Of a stretch of DNA of 64,000 nt, positions 1-10,336 are shown piece after piece. The position numbers were made by a program, and so were the translations under genes. The stretch lies in the NCBI GenBank assembly GCA_963555995.3, contig OY821641.1, forward strand, positions 1,728,001-1,792,000, given 5' to 3'. The notes under the pieces are model-generated. The model worked only from the letters and a program-made list of their open reading frames with translations, was not told the origin of the DNA and searched no databases. The DNA comes from Vicinamibacteria bacterium (lineage in GTDB: Bacteria; Acidobacteriota; Vicinamibacteria; Marinacidobacterales; Marinacidobacteraceae). Within the stretch, counting starts at the first letter, position 1. Every line of letters begins with the position of its first letter.

Positions 1-427
1 GCCCCGGGAGTTGGAACCGCGGGCTCCCTCCCGCGCTCCCGTGGCCGATCAGCACCAGCACCAGGCCGCCGCCCGGAGTCCCGGCTCCCCGCGCCGCCTC
101 GACTTCGCGGGCGAGTTCCTCCTGGGTGCTCCGGGCGGCGGGGGAGCAGGGGTCGTCGGCCGCCGCGTCCTCGGGAAGGCGCTCCACCAGCACCCGGACG
201 CGGCCCGGCGCAGGCGTTCCCAGCGCGGCGGCGCAGAGCTCCCGCGCCCATCCCGCGAACCGTTCGCGGTGCTCGGGGGTGCCGCCGACGCCCGCGACGA
301 TGAGGAGCGCCGGGACGTCTTCCCCGCCGCGCTCCAGCGCTCCCGCATCGCCTCCGGCCAGGGCGAGGGCGCCGAAGCAAGCGGCCCCGAGGCGCCGGAC
401 CGTCCGGCGGCGCGGTCCGCGGCTCAC
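1..427 (-). CDS. Secreted hypothetical protein, caspase/C13-like fold suspected (partial, runs off window start)
   Basis: GTG at 427 overlaps the TGA of the upstream gene (GTGA). Manual translation MSRGPRRR...LLIVAGVGGTPEHRERF...LVLIGHGS...FQLPG: signal-like N-terminus and a GHG motif. Not in the ORF track because it is open-ended. Confidence 0.6.
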   Translation of the reverse strand, partial: MSRGPRRRTVRRLGAACFGALALAGGDAGALERGGEDVPALLIVAGVGGTPEHRERFAGWARELCAAALGTPAPGRVRVLVERLPEDAAADDPCSPAARSTQEELAREVEAARGAGTPGGGLVLVLIGHGSAGGSPRFQLPG

Positions 428-2775
428 GGAAGACCCCGCGCGTGCCGAACGCCCCAGTCGGCGGCCAGCAACCCGAAGAGCAGCAGGAACACCGCCGGCA
501 CGTTCCAGAGTTCCCGCCGCTCGACGACGGTGGTCCCCGATTCCGCGAGACTCAGATCGGTCACCAGCGCCTCGGCCTCGCCGGGCGCGAAGCGCCGGCC
601 GCCGGTGGCCTCCGCGATGCGGGCGAGCAGCTCGGGGTCCGCTTCCGCATCGAAGAACTCGTCGTCCACGATGCCCGCCTCGAACAGGGTCGCCGCCCGG
701 GGAGCTTCCGCGCCCTCGCGCAGCCCGCCCCCTCCGGCGCGGATCTCCACCTGGTGGACGCCCGGGCCCCCGGGGACATAGACGCCCGAGTACTCGCCGT
801 CCCCCAGTCCGGTCCAGCGCAGCGGCACCCCGGAGATGACGCCGTCGGGGCCGGTGACCTCGGCCTCGACGAACGCGTCGTTGACGGCGAGGAACCGTTC
901 GTCCTCGACCCGGGCGCTGAGCGTCACCCGTTCGCCGACCAGCGACCGGGCCGGGGACGCCGAGACTTCCAGCCGCCGGGGCGACTCGGACGCCAGCCAG
1001 CGGAGCAGCCGCCGGGACAGCACCTCGTGGGTCTCGTCCTCGAGCGGAACGCTCGCGTCCATCTGCCACACCCACAGGTCCTGGGCCGTCAGACTCGCCG
1101 AGCGCCCGCGCCCGAACCGCTGGACCAGCAGCACCGCCTCGGGTTCTTCCGACGGACCCAGTCCCTCGAGCAGCACCGTCGCCCCCGGTTTGGGCCGACC
1201 CAACCGGTTGACGCCCGAGAGCGGCGGCAGGTTCCGGTAGAGGTCCTCGTTGGCGAGCGGGTCCGGGGCGAGCCGCGCGACCGGATGCAGCGAACCGGCC
1301 CGGGTGGGGAGGATCGAGAGTTCCCGGAAGGCCGCCGGCACCGGCCGGTCCCGGGCGTCCGCGGGGGCCGCCGGCACTTCGGGAAGCGTGAGCGGCAGGA
1401 CTTCCGCCAGCGGGGTGTCGCGGTAGCCGCCCTCGCTGAAGGCGCTCGTCCCCCCGAGGGTCAGCAGGCCGCCTCCCCGCTGGCTCACGAAGTCGCGGAG
1501 CATGTTGAGCTGGCCCTGGGTGAAGAAGCTCGCCTCCACGCTGCCGAGGATTACCCCGTCGTAGGCGAAGAGTTCCTCGCGGGTATCGGGGAACCCCCCG
1601 GCCAGTTCCGCGGCGTCCGCGACATCCACCCGGTAGAACTTCCCCTCGGCGGTGCGGATCAGGCAGGAGACGTGCAGTTCCGGGTCGCCCGCGACCGCCC
1701 GCCGCAGGAACTTCAGTTCCCAGCGCGGCTGTCCCTCGAAATAGAGCAACCGCAGCGGCCGGTCGTCCACCTCCATCAGCACGCTCTGCTCGTTGTTGCG
1801 GGTCAGGACCTCGCCGGCGAACGGGGCCACCCGGAACCGCAGCCGCCGCGCCCCGGCCTCCTCCGCGGGCGCCAGCAGCGTCACCGTGGTCTCCACCGCG
1901 TCGCTCGGGAACCGGACGGTCTCGGTGGCGATGATGCGCCCCTCGTCGAGGGCCTCCACCCGCGCCGTGCGTCCGGCGAGTCCGGTGGCGCGGAGCGGCA
2001 GCCGGACTTCGAGCAGCGCCCCGCGCAGGACGCGCGCGGGCACGTCCGGGGCGCCGAGCTCCAGGTCGGCCTCGAACGCGGGCCGGCCCACCGCCACCGG
2101 ATAGACCCGGATCCCCCGGGTCCTGAGATCGAGGAGCGTCTGGTCGAGGTCGTCCTCCCGTCCTCCGGCCACGGTGTCCGCCCCGTCGCTCACGAGCACG
2201 ATGCCCGCCACCGGCAGCGAGGCGAGCTCGTCGGCCACCCGGGTGAGGCTGCCGAGCAGGTCGGTGCGCGCCCCGGTGAAGCCGAGTTCCGAAGCGCTTC
2301 CCACCCGCCGGGTGTCGTCCGCGAAGCGGAAGAGCCGGGTCACGAACTTCTCGCGCAGGAGGTCGCCCAGCGCGGCCTCCCCGCTGGCCGCCGCCTCGTC
2401 GGGAAAGGCCGCGAGCAGCGCCTCGCTCCGCGGCCGGCCGTCCTCCCCGTCGGGGATCTGCATGCTCCGGGAGTCGTCGAGGAGCACCCCGACGACGTTC
2501 TCCTGCGGCACGACGAGGGACAGCACCAGTTGCGGGCGGAGCAGGCAGAGGAGGACGAGGGCGATGGCGGCGAACCGCGCCGCCCCGAGCAGGAGGCGGC
2601 CCCGCGTCCCGAGCCGCCTTCCCAGCCGCCGGTAGCCGAGCAGGGCGAAGACCAGCGCGCCGGCCGCCGCGGCGGCGATCCAGAAGACGCCCCAGGGAAC
2701 CAGCAGTTCGATCTGTCCGCGCTCGAACGCGACCGGAGGGCTGCCCAGCAGCCATTCGAACGCGGAGAGGAACAA
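424..2775 (-). CDS. Membrane-anchored vWA + glutamine-amidotransferase-like domain protein
   Basis: N-terminal TM helices, DDSRSM MIDAS motif, LVSDG, EGQPRWELKFLRR, GGGLLTLGG and a C-terminal ELWN...TM anchor. Confidence 0.8.
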   Translation of the reverse strand: MFLSAFEWLLGSPPVAFERGQIELLVPWGVFWIAAAAAGALVFALLGYRRLGRRLGTRGRLLLGAARFAAIALVLLCLLRPQLVLSLVVPQENVVGVLLDDSRSMQIPDGEDGRPRSEALLAAFPDEAAASGEAALGDLLREKFVTRLFRFADDTRRVGSASELGFTGARTDLLGSLTRVADELASLPVAGIVLVSDGADTVAGGREDDLDQTLLDLRTRGIRVYPVAVGRPAFEADLELGAPDVPARVLRGALLEVRLPLRATGLAGRTARVEALDEGRIIATETVRFPSDAVETTVTLLAPAEEAGARRLRFRVAPFAGEVLTRNNEQSVLMEVDDRPLRLLYFEGQPRWELKFLRRAVAGDPELHVSCLIRTAEGKFYRVDVADAAELAGGFPDTREELFAYDGVILGSVEASFFTQGQLNMLRDFVSQRGGGLLTLGGTSAFSEGGYRDTPLAEVLPLTLPEVPAAPADARDRPVPAAFRELSILPTRAGSLHPVARLAPDPLANEDLYRNLPPLSGVNRLGRPKPGATVLLEGLGPSEEPEAVLLVQRFGRGRSASLTAQDLWVWQMDASVPLEDETHEVLSRRLLRWLASESPRRLEVSASPARSLVGERVTLSARVEDERFLAVNDAFVEAEVTGPDGVISGVPLRWTGLGDGEYSGVYVPGGPGVHQVEIRAGGGGLREGAEAPRAATLFEAGIVDDEFFDAEADPELLARIAEATGGRRFAPGEAEALVTDLSLAESGTTVVERRELWNVPAVFLLLFGLLAADWGVRHARGLP

Positions 2776-2797
2776 GGGGAGAGGGGTCGGGCGGCGA

Positions 2798-3625
2798 TCA
2801 GTGCGCCATCGCGTAGATGATGAAGTTGATCCCCATGGCGTAGGCGTAGTTCGAGAAGTGGAGCGGGTAGTAGGGGTTCTCGGCCCACTCCCAGGCGTCC
2901 CCGAGGTCGGTGTTCCAGTTCACGAGGACCATCAGGCGCCGCTCGTCGTCGAAGATGCCCCGCACCACCGGGTGGTAGCCGTCGCGCTCCCAGGTGGGGC
3001 CGCCGCGGATCCCCTGCCCCACGTTCGGCACCTGGACGATCTCGTCCACCTCGAAGAAGGCGCGGAACACGGGGTGGTCCAGCGGGATGTCCTCGATCGG
3101 CCGTCCGGGGAGGACCCGGCCCATCTCGTGCGCGAAGTTGACCCACTCGGCGGTGCCCCAGAAGTCGTCCACGACGAGGAAGCCCCCCTGGTGGAGGTAG
3201 CGGCGCAGGGCGAGCACTTCCGCTTCGGTCATCGCCATGTGTCCGACCTCGACGGTGTAGAGGAAGGGATACCTCCCGAGGTCGGGGTCGGTGAGCAGGA
3301 CGCTGTTCTCGTTCTCGTAGGAATCGAGGTTCGTGATCCGCCGCAGCCCGATCAGGAACTGCAGGTCCGCCTTGGGGTAGTCCACGCTCCAGCCGCGCCA
3401 GCCGTAGCTCGTGTAGGCGGCCCGCGTGAAATAGAAGTCATGGGCCGGCCGCGGTCCGTAACGCGGCCCTCCCAGGTCCTCCCGCATCGCCTCGGCCAGC
3501 ATCTCCCGGATCTGCTGCCGGCTCGGCTGGAACGCCGCCGGCAGACTGCGCCCAAGCACCGCTCCTCCGAACAGGAGCGCCGCCACGAGGACGAACCCGG
3601 CGGCCAGAATTCCTCGGCGAAACAC
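2798..3625 (-). CDS. DUF4159-like exported protein
   Basis: WSVDYPKAD, YPFLY, GGFLVVDDFWG, HPVF and NTDLGDAWE motifs; signal peptide after the chosen GTG (start uncertain). Confidence 0.75.
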   Translation of the reverse strand: MFRRGILAAGFVLVAALLFGGAVLGRSLPAAFQPSRQQIREMLAEAMREDLGGPRYGPRPAHDFYFTRAAYTSYGWRGWSVDYPKADLQFLIGLRRITNLDSYENENSVLLTDPDLGRYPFLYTVEVGHMAMTEAEVLALRRYLHQGGFLVVDDFWGTAEWVNFAHEMGRVLPGRPIEDIPLDHPVFRAFFEVDEIVQVPNVGQGIRGGPTWERDGYHPVVRGIFDDERRLMVLVNWNTDLGDAWEWAENPYYPLHFSNYAYAMGINFIIYAMAH

Positions 3626-3717
3626 GTCGCCGGAGCCTATCGCGTCCCAACCCGGCGGTGACACGCAGCCAGCCCGGACTGCCGAGAATGCGCACCCCAC
3701 TTGATGGCTTACCCGCC

Positions 3718-3914
3718 TGGACCGCCGGTCTCCAGACCGGCACCCGCGGGCCGGAGGTCCGCGGATGTTCCGTGGCTACGGGTCGTAGCGGAATCCCGAG
3801 GAAGCGTCCCAACTCGTGGCGGGCCAGCGGACAGGAACGCACCACCGCGCCGATCGGCGTCCCGCCACGCGCTGCGCCTTCGCGCAGCGTGCCGGTCTGG
3901 AGACCGGCGTTCCA
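3718..3914. repeat. REP-like inverted doublet (family B), copy 1
   Basis: TGGACCGCCGGTCTCCAGACCGGCAC ... GTGCCGGTCTGGAGACCGGCGTTCCA: palindromic units in inverted orientation, intergenic. Confidence 0.85.
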
Positions 3915-4009
3915 AGCCGTTTGCGCTACCTCTGCGGTTGAGGTGAGCGCCGAGACCGCTGGTACCATCGGGGCTCCCTTTTCTGGCGTTTCCGAAGCGG
4001 GGTATTGCC

Positions 4010-5074
4010 ATGCGGGTCTTCTCACGTTTCCTTGTTCTCGCTGCCTTCGCCGCCGCGCTCGCCTGCGCTCCGCCGCCCGAAGAGCCTGCCGAAGACGTCG
4101 CGCCGCCGGCCTTCGTACCCGGGCCGCCGGCGGACTTCGAGAGCCCGGTCATCCCCGCGGACAACCCCCAGACTCCCGAGAAGGTCGCCCTCGGGAAGCA
4201 GCTCTATTTCGACACCCGCCTCTCGGCGGACGGCACCCGGTCCTGCTACACCTGCCACCTCGTCGAGAACGGACTCACCGACGGCAAGCCGGTCGCCGAA
4301 GGCGCCCTCGGCCGGGTGCTGACGCGGTCCAGCCCCACGCTCTGGAACATCGCCTACCACACCCAGTTCTACTGGGACGGCCGCAGCGGCTCGCTCGAGG
4401 CCCAGGCGCGGGCGGCGTGGACCGGCGGCAACATGGGGGCCGACGCCGATGCGGTGGTGGCCGAACTGAACGCGATTCCAGGTTATGCGGAGCAGTTCGA
4501 GGCGGTCTTCGGAGGCCCCGCCACCCCCGACAGCGTGGTGCAGGCGATCGCCGCCTTCGAGCGGGACGCGTTCTATTGCGGCGACACCGCCTATGACGAC
4601 TGGCGGCGCGGCGACGGCAGCGCCATCCCGGAAGCGGCCATGCGGGGAGCGGAACTCTTCACCGCCGGCGCCGGCTGCGCGACGTGCCACAGCGGCGTGC
4701 TCTTCACCGACATGAAGTTCCACAACGTGGGCATCGGGATGGACGCCGAAGAGCCGGACCTCGGCCGGGCCCGGGTGACCGAGGAGGACGTCTGCAGCAC
4801 GACCGAGGACGAACCGTGCCAGGGCGCCTTCAAGACCCCCACCCTCCGCGACATCTCGAAGAGCGCCCCGTACTTCCACGACGGCAGCGTGGCGACCCTC
4901 GAGGAAGCCGTCCGCCTGATGGCGAGCGGCGGGCTGGCCAATCCGTATCTCGACACGGACGAACTCATGGACCGGGAGTTGTCCGACGAGCAGATCAGCG
5001 ACCTGGTGGCCTTCCTGCACACCCTTGACTGCAACGGCGGCCCGCAGATCTTCGAGCCGCCCACGCTGCCCTGA
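4010..5074 (+). CDS. Di-heme cytochrome c peroxidase (bCcP/MauG superfamily), lipoprotein
   Basis: Lipobox ALAC, two CxxCH motifs (CYTCH, CATCH), LGKQLYFDTRLS, FYWDGR, FKTPTLR and PYFHDG. Confidence 0.9.
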   Translation: MRVFSRFLVLAAFAAALACAPPPEEPAEDVAPPAFVPGPPADFESPVIPADNPQTPEKVALGKQLYFDTRLSADGTRSCYTCHLVENGLTDGKPVAEGALGRVLTRSSPTLWNIAYHTQFYWDGRSGSLEAQARAAWTGGNMGADADAVVAELNAIPGYAEQFEAVFGGPATPDSVVQAIAAFERDAFYCGDTAYDDWRRGDGSAIPEAAMRGAELFTAGAGCATCHSGVLFTDMKFHNVGIGMDAEEPDLGRARVTEEDVCSTTEDEPCQGAFKTPTLRDISKSAPYFHDGSVATLEEAVRLMASGGLANPYLDTDELMDRELSDEQISDLVAFLHTLDCNGGPQIFEPPTLP

Positions 5075-5105
5075 CGGCCCGGACACCACACTAGAATCCC
5101 GCGCC

Positions 5106-5417
5106 ATGAACGTGAGCTTCGAAGGCCGCGGCGCCCGCTGGGAAGGCGCGGCGGAAATTGCCGAACGGGCCGAAACCGACAAGCACCAACCGTGGTCCCT
5201 GCGGGTCGCCTCCGGGGGTGAAACGGTCGAGGGCACCCTGCTGGTCACCGACCTGGCGTCGAGCGCCGCCGACGAAGCGGCCGCCAGCAGCGGGGAGGAC
5301 GTGAACGCCGTCCTGGGGCGCGCCTTCTCGCGTTCGCTGGTCGCGGAACTGGGCCTCCGCCCGCTGGCGTCGGGCTTCCGCTTCGTGGTGGATCACCGCT
5401 GGGTGACCGGCTACTAG
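5106..5417 (+). CDS. Hypothetical protein (~103 aa)
   Basis: ATG 8 nt after a TAGAAT box, host-like codon usage, fills the gap between two genes. Confidence 0.6.
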   Translation: MNVSFEGRGARWEGAAEIAERAETDKHQPWSLRVASGGETVEGTLLVTDLASSAADEAAASSGEDVNAVLGRAFSRSLVAELGLRPLASGFRFVVDHRWVTGY

Positions 5418-5474
5418 GGGCGCGAGGGGCCCGGTGCCGGCGCCGGGCCCCGTACCGGAAGGACCCGGGACCGC

Positions 5475-7340
5475 ATGCGCCGCTCCGAACTCGCCGCCTT
5501 CCTGCGCGAACGGCCGCGCGCCGGCGACGGCGCCCTCGGCACCGCGCTCTATACCGGCGGGATCGCCGCGCGGCGCTCCTATGACGACCTGAACCGGTCG
5601 GACCCCGACCGGGTCCGGGCGATCCACGCCGCCCATCTCGCCGCCGGCGCCGAAGTGATCAGCACCAACACGTTCGGAGCCAACCGCTGGAAGCTGGGCC
5701 GGCACGGACTGGCCTCCGAGGTGGCGACGATCAACGCGGCCGGCGTGGCGGTGGCGCGGAGCGCCCTCCGGCCCGGCAACCTGGTGTTCGGGTCGGTGGG
5801 ACCGAGCGGCGAGGTCGTGGGGCCGCTCGACGAGGAGAAGGCTCCGGAGTTCACCGCCGGGTTCCGGGAGCAGGTCGCCGCGCTGGTGGAGAGCGGCGTG
5901 GACGCGGTCCTGATCGAGACCTTCACCAGCCTCGCCGAAGCCCGGCTGGCGCTCGCGGCGGCGCGCGAGGTGGCCCCCGACATCGGCGTCGTCGTGCTGA
6001 TGACGTTCTCCGAGCAGGCCACCACCCTGTTCGGCGTGGCGGCGGACCAGGCGGCTCGGGTGCTCGCCCGGGACGGGGCCGACGCGGTCGGCTCGAACTG
6101 CGGGGTGGGCCCGGACACCACCCTCACCGCGCTGGAGCGGATGCGGGACGCCGTGAGCCTCCCGCTGGTCGCCCAGCCGAACGCCGGCATTCCCGAGCGG
6201 ACCGAAGGCCGTTTCCTCTACCCGTCGTCGCCGGACTACGTGGCCCACTACGCCAAGCGGTACCTGCGCCTCGGGGTCTCGCTCATCGGCGGTTGCTGCG
6301 GGACCGGCGCCGAACACATCGGCGCGGTGGCGGGGGTGGTCCGGGCGGCGTCGGCGGGCGCGCGCGCGGACCGGGTGAAGGCCCCGGCGCGGCCGGCGCC
6401 CGCGGCTTTGGAGCAGAAGGCGCCGGTCGAACTCCCGGCCGTGCCGGTGCCGGAGCGCTCGGGCCTCGCCCGCTGCCTCGCGGAGGGCCGGTTCGCGGTG
6501 TCGGTGGAGATGGACCCGCCGCGCGGCGCCGAACCGGGCAAGTTCCTCGCCAAGGTCCGGGACCTGGCGGACGCGGGGGTCCGCTTCGTGAACGTGGCCG
6601 ACGGGCCGCGGGCCAGCGCCCGGATGAGCGCCATCGCGTTCGCGGCGCTGCTCGAACGGGGCGGCGAGGTCGAGACCATCCTCCACTACCAGTGCCGGGA
6701 CCGGAACCTCATCGGCATCCAGTCGGACCTGCTGGGAGCGCACGCCCTCGGCATCCGCAACCTGCTCGCGGTGACCGGCGACCCGCCGAAGCTCGGGGAC
6801 TACCCCCACGCGACCCCGGTCTTCGACGTGGACTCGGTCGGCCTCGTGCGTATCCTGCGGGGGCTGAACCACGGCCTCGATCTTGCCGGGAACCCGCTGG
6901 GGGCGGCGCTTCCCTTCCACATCGGGGTCGGCGCCAATCCGGCCGCCGCCGATCTCGAGAACGAGATGCAGAAGTTCGAGAAGAAGGTGGAAGCCGGCGC
7001 CCAGTACTGCCTCACCCAGCCGGTGTACGAGACCGGCCTGCTCGAGCGCTTCCTCGACGACGTCCGGGGCTACGGCGTCCCCGTCCTCGCCGGGGTGCTG
7101 CCGCTGGTCAGTTCCCGGAACGCCGAGTTCCTCCACAACGAGGTGCCCGGAATGAGCGTCCCGCGGGCGGTCCGCGAGCGGCTCGCAGCGGCGCCCACCC
7201 GGCAGCGGGCGCGGGAGGTCGGCGTCTCGGTGGCGCGCGAGATGGTGGCCGCGGCGCGGGACCTTGCCGCCGGGGTCTACGTGATGCCGCCCTTCAACCG
7301 CTTCGACCTCGCCATCCGCAGCGTGACCGGACTGATCTGA
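5475..7340 (+). CDS. yitJ: Bifunctional homocysteine S-methyltransferase / methylenetetrahydrofolate reductase (YitJ-like)
   Basis: DGALGT, TNTFGAN, GSNC and GGCCG (HMT domain), followed by VEMDPP, RDRN, TGDPP and TQPVY (MTHFR domain). Confidence 0.9.
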   Translation: MRRSELAAFLRERPRAGDGALGTALYTGGIAARRSYDDLNRSDPDRVRAIHAAHLAAGAEVISTNTFGANRWKLGRHGLASEVATINAAGVAVARSALRPGNLVFGSVGPSGEVVGPLDEEKAPEFTAGFREQVAALVESGVDAVLIETFTSLAEARLALAAAREVAPDIGVVVLMTFSEQATTLFGVAADQAARVLARDGADAVGSNCGVGPDTTLTALERMRDAVSLPLVAQPNAGIPERTEGRFLYPSSPDYVAHYAKRYLRLGVSLIGGCCGTGAEHIGAVAGVVRAASAGARADRVKAPARPAPAALEQKAPVELPAVPVPERSGLARCLAEGRFAVSVEMDPPRGAEPGKFLAKVRDLADAGVRFVNVADGPRASARMSAIAFAALLERGGEVETILHYQCRDRNLIGIQSDLLGAHALGIRNLLAVTGDPPKLGDYPHATPVFDVDSVGLVRILRGLNHGLDLAGNPLGAALPFHIGVGANPAAADLENEMQKFEKKVEAGAQYCLTQPVYETGLLERFLDDVRGYGVPVLAGVLPLVSSRNAEFLHNEVPGMSVPRAVRERLAAAPTRQRAREVGVSVAREMVAAARDLAAGVYVMPPFNRFDLAIRSVTGLI

Positions 7341-7393
7341 CCGCCCCGCTCGCGTCGCCGCCCGCTCGCGTGGGCGCCCGGCCGGGTGCGACA

Positions 7394-8380
7394 ATGGCGC
7401 GCATGATCCGCCTCGGGGGCCTGACGGGAGCCGGGGTGCTCCTGTTCGCCGCCGCCGCGGCCGCCCAGGAAGCGGAGATCTTCCAGTTCGAGGGAGGGGT
7501 GGACCTGGTCTCGGTGCCGGTGGCGGTCTCCACGGAGGATGGCGAGTTCGTCACCGGTCTCGGGGTCGAGAACTTCCGCGTCCTCGAGGACGGCGTGGAA
7601 CAGGAGATCCTGGTCTTCGGGGCGGGACTCGAGGAGTCGTGGGTGGACCTGCCGCCGGACCAGAAGGAAGAACTCTCCCAGAAGCAGGTGATCGGCCTCC
7701 TCCTCGATTCGTCGGGCAGCATGGAGGAGGACCTGTCCCTCCTCCACGAAGCGGCGATCAAGTTCCTCACCAACATCCCCCGGACCGAGAACCTGTTCGT
7801 CATCAGCTTCGACGAGAACATCTGGCTCTCCGAGTATTCGAGCGACGACCAGCGCATCATCTCGAACCGGATCTACGACATCGAGGCGGAGGGCTGGACG
7901 GCGCTCTACGACGCGGTCGCGACCTTCCTCGACCGCGTCTACGACTACGACGGCAGGAAGACGCTCGCGGTGCTCAGCGACGGCGCCGACTCCCGCTCCA
8001 CCCTGATGTTCTCGGAGGCCCTCGATCTGGTGAAGCTCGGGGACACCACCATCCACTCGATCCAGTTCGGAGACCGCGCGCGCCACGCCGCGGTCTTCGA
8101 GAACGGCCGCTTCCTGCGGGCCATCGCCGATGCGACCGGCGGCTCCTACGCCCTGGCTTCGTCCCTCGAGAAGCTCGACGAGCTCTACGACCGCATCCTC
8201 GACGAGCTCTACAGCCAGTACACGATCGGCTACGCCTCGTCGAACACCCGCCGGGAGGGACGCTACCGCCGCATCGAGGTGGACGTGACGGCGCCGGGGT
8301 ACGACGAGGTGGAAGTCAGGGCCCGCCGGGGCTACTACGGCCCCTACGAACCCTCGGAGATTCCTGAACTGCACGAGTAG
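7394..8380 (+). CDS. Exported vWA domain protein (Acidobacterial VWFA-related type)
   Basis: Signal peptide, VDLVSVPVAV, DSSGS MIDAS, TALYDA, LSDG, TGG, QYTIGY and ARRGYY. Start is 7394 or 7403. Confidence 0.85.
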   Translation: MARMIRLGGLTGAGVLLFAAAAAAQEAEIFQFEGGVDLVSVPVAVSTEDGEFVTGLGVENFRVLEDGVEQEILVFGAGLEESWVDLPPDQKEELSQKQVIGLLLDSSGSMEEDLSLLHEAAIKFLTNIPRTENLFVISFDENIWLSEYSSDDQRIISNRIYDIEAEGWTALYDAVATFLDRVYDYDGRKTLAVLSDGADSRSTLMFSEALDLVKLGDTTIHSIQFGDRARHAAVFENGRFLRAIADATGGSYALASSLEKLDELYDRILDELYSQYTIGYASSNTRREGRYRRIEVDVTAPGYDEVEVRARRGYYGPYEPSEIPELHE

Positions 8381-8425
8381 GCCCCACCCGGGGCTCGACT
8401 CTTTCAGCCACTAGACTCCGCGCCG

Positions 8426-10336
8426 ATGTTCGCCGCGCTCGAGGAGGTCGTCCGGGAGACCGCCGCCAAGGCCGGAGCGCCCGATTTCTCCGTGGTCTCG
8501 GAGATTCCCCCGTCGCCGGACCAGGGGGACCTCGCGTTCCCCGCCGCCTTCGGGCTGGCGCGCCGGCTGCGGCGTCCACCCCGGGAGATCGCCGCGACGC
8601 TCGCGGAAGCGCTCGCCGAGCGTCCCGAGGTGCGGCGGGTGGAGGTCGCCGGCCCCGGGTACGTCAACGTCTTCCTCAACCGGGCGATGTGGATCCGGCA
8701 GGCGCTCGCCGGAACGGCCGCCGACGCGCCCCACGGCATCCACGTCGTCGAGCACACCAGCATCAACCCCAACAAGGCGGCCCACATCGGGCATCTGCGG
8801 AACGCGGCGCTCGGCGACTCCTTCGCCCGCATCCTGCGCTTCCTGGGGCACCGGATCGAGGTGCAGACCTACACCGACGACACCGGCGTCCAGGTCGCGG
8901 ACGTGGTCCTCGGCTTCCTTCGGCTCCGGGGCGCGGACGCCGCGGAAGTGCGCCGGCTCGCCGGGGAGCCGCGCTTCGACTACCTCTGCTGGGACCTCTA
9001 CACCGAGGTCTCCCGCTGGATCGAAACGGACCCGGAGGGGCCGGCAGCGCGCCAGCAGGCCCTCCACGGACTCGAGCACGGCGAGGAACCGTGGGCGGAG
9101 ATCGGAACCGTCGTGGCCGGCGCGATCGCGCGCCGGCACCTCGAGACCATGGAACGGATCGGGGTCCGCTACGACCTCCTGCCCTGCGAGAAGTCCATCC
9201 TCCATCTCCACTTCTGGGAGCGGGCGTTCGAGCTGCTCCGGGACGGCGGCGCGATCCGGCTCAGTGAGTCCGGCCGGAACCGCGGCTGCTGGGTGATGGA
9301 CACCGATCTCGCCCAGGACGGCGAGAAGGTCATCGTGCGCTCGAACGCCACCGTGACCTACGTGGGCAAGGACATCGCCTACCAGATGTGGCAGCTCGGC
9401 CTGCTGGACCGCGACTTCCGCTGGCGGCGGTTCTACGAGTATCCCGACGGCAAACCCGCCTGGATCAGCACCTCCGGCCCCGAGGAACCCGACACCCCGG
9501 GTTTCGGTTCGGCGGCGCTCGTCCATCACGTCATTGACGCCCGGCAGTCCTACACCCAGCAGGTCGTTCAGGAGGCGGTCGCCCGGCTGACTTCCGAAGC
9601 CGACCGGGCCCGGACGCGGCACCTGTCCTACGAGATGGTGGCCCTGACGCCGGCCACCGTCTCCGCCCTCGGGCTCGGCGCCGCCGCGGGGGACGGCGCG
9701 GTGGAGGTCTCCGGGCGGAAGGGAATCGGCATCAAGGCCGACGACTTCCTCGACGCGCTCCTCGGACGCGCCGCGCGGGAGGTGGCGGCGCGGAATCCGG
9801 ATCTTCCGTCGGAAGAGCGGCAGACCGTGGCGCTCGCGATCGCGGTCGGGGCGCTCCGCTACCTGATGGTGCGGGTGACCAAGAACCAGCTCATCGTCTT
9901 CGACCTCGAAGAGGCGCTCAGCCTCGAGGGCGCCACCGGGCCGTACCTCCAGTATGCGGCGGTCCGGGCGGCGAAGATCCTGGCCCGCGTCGAGCGCGCC
10001 CTTCCCGAAGCGCCGCCCCCGCCGCCCGCGGACTTCGACGGCCTCCTCGCCGGGCGGGACCCCGAAGAGGCCGCCGACCTCTGGGTCCTGGTCCGGGGCG
10101 CCCTCGGTCTCCGGGGGGCGGCCGCCGCCGCCGCCGCCGCCGAAGACCCGCAGGTCCTCGCCCGCTGGGCCTACGAGGGCGCGCAGCGCTTCAACGCCTT
10201 CTACCACCGCTACCGGATCGCCGGCGAGCCGGACGCCGCCGCGCGCTCGCTGCGCACCTACGCGGTGGAGACCTTCTTCGCCCAGCACCGGCAGGGGCTC
10301 GCCCTGCTCGGAATCCCGGTCCCGGAACGGATGTGA
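8426..10336 (+). CDS. argS: Arginine--tRNA ligase
   Basis: EHTSINPNKAAHIGHLRN (HIGH motif), GPGYVN, SGRKG and GPYLQYA. Confidence 0.95.
   Translation: MFAALEEVVRETAAKAGAPDFSVVSEIPPSPDQGDLAFPAAFGLARRLRRPPREIAATLAEALAERPEVRRVEVAGPGYVNVFLNRAMWIRQALAGTAADAPHGIHVVEHTSINPNKAAHIGHLRNAALGDSFARILRFLGHRIEVQTYTDDTGVQVADVVLGFLRLRGADAAEVRRLAGEPRFDYLCWDLYTEVSRWIETDPEGPAARQQALHGLEHGEEPWAEIGTVVAGAIARRHLETMERIGVRYDLLPCEKSILHLHFWERAFELLRDGGAIRLSESGRNRGCWVMDTDLAQDGEKVIVRSNATVTYVGKDIAYQMWQLGLLDRDFRWRRFYEYPDGKPAWISTSGPEEPDTPGFGSAALVHHVIDARQSYTQQVVQEAVARLTSEADRARTRHLSYEMVALTPATVSALGLGAAAGDGAVEVSGRKGIGIKADDFLDALLGRAAREVAARNPDLPSEERQTVALAIAVGALRYLMVRVTKNQLIVFDLEEALSLEGATGPYLQYAAVRAAKILARVERALPEAPPPPPADFDGLLAGRDPEEAADLWVLVRGALGLRGAAAAAAAAEDPQVLARWAYEGAQRFNAFYHRYRIAGEPDAAARSLRTYAVETFFAQHRQGLALLGIPVPERM

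Noticed and set aside
442-2820. Long antisense or alternate-frame ORFs (also 14847-17285, 21341-24154, 51308-53167 and others)
   Set aside because: Expected in very high-GC DNA; Arg/Pro/Gly-rich with no motifs, opposite clear genes.
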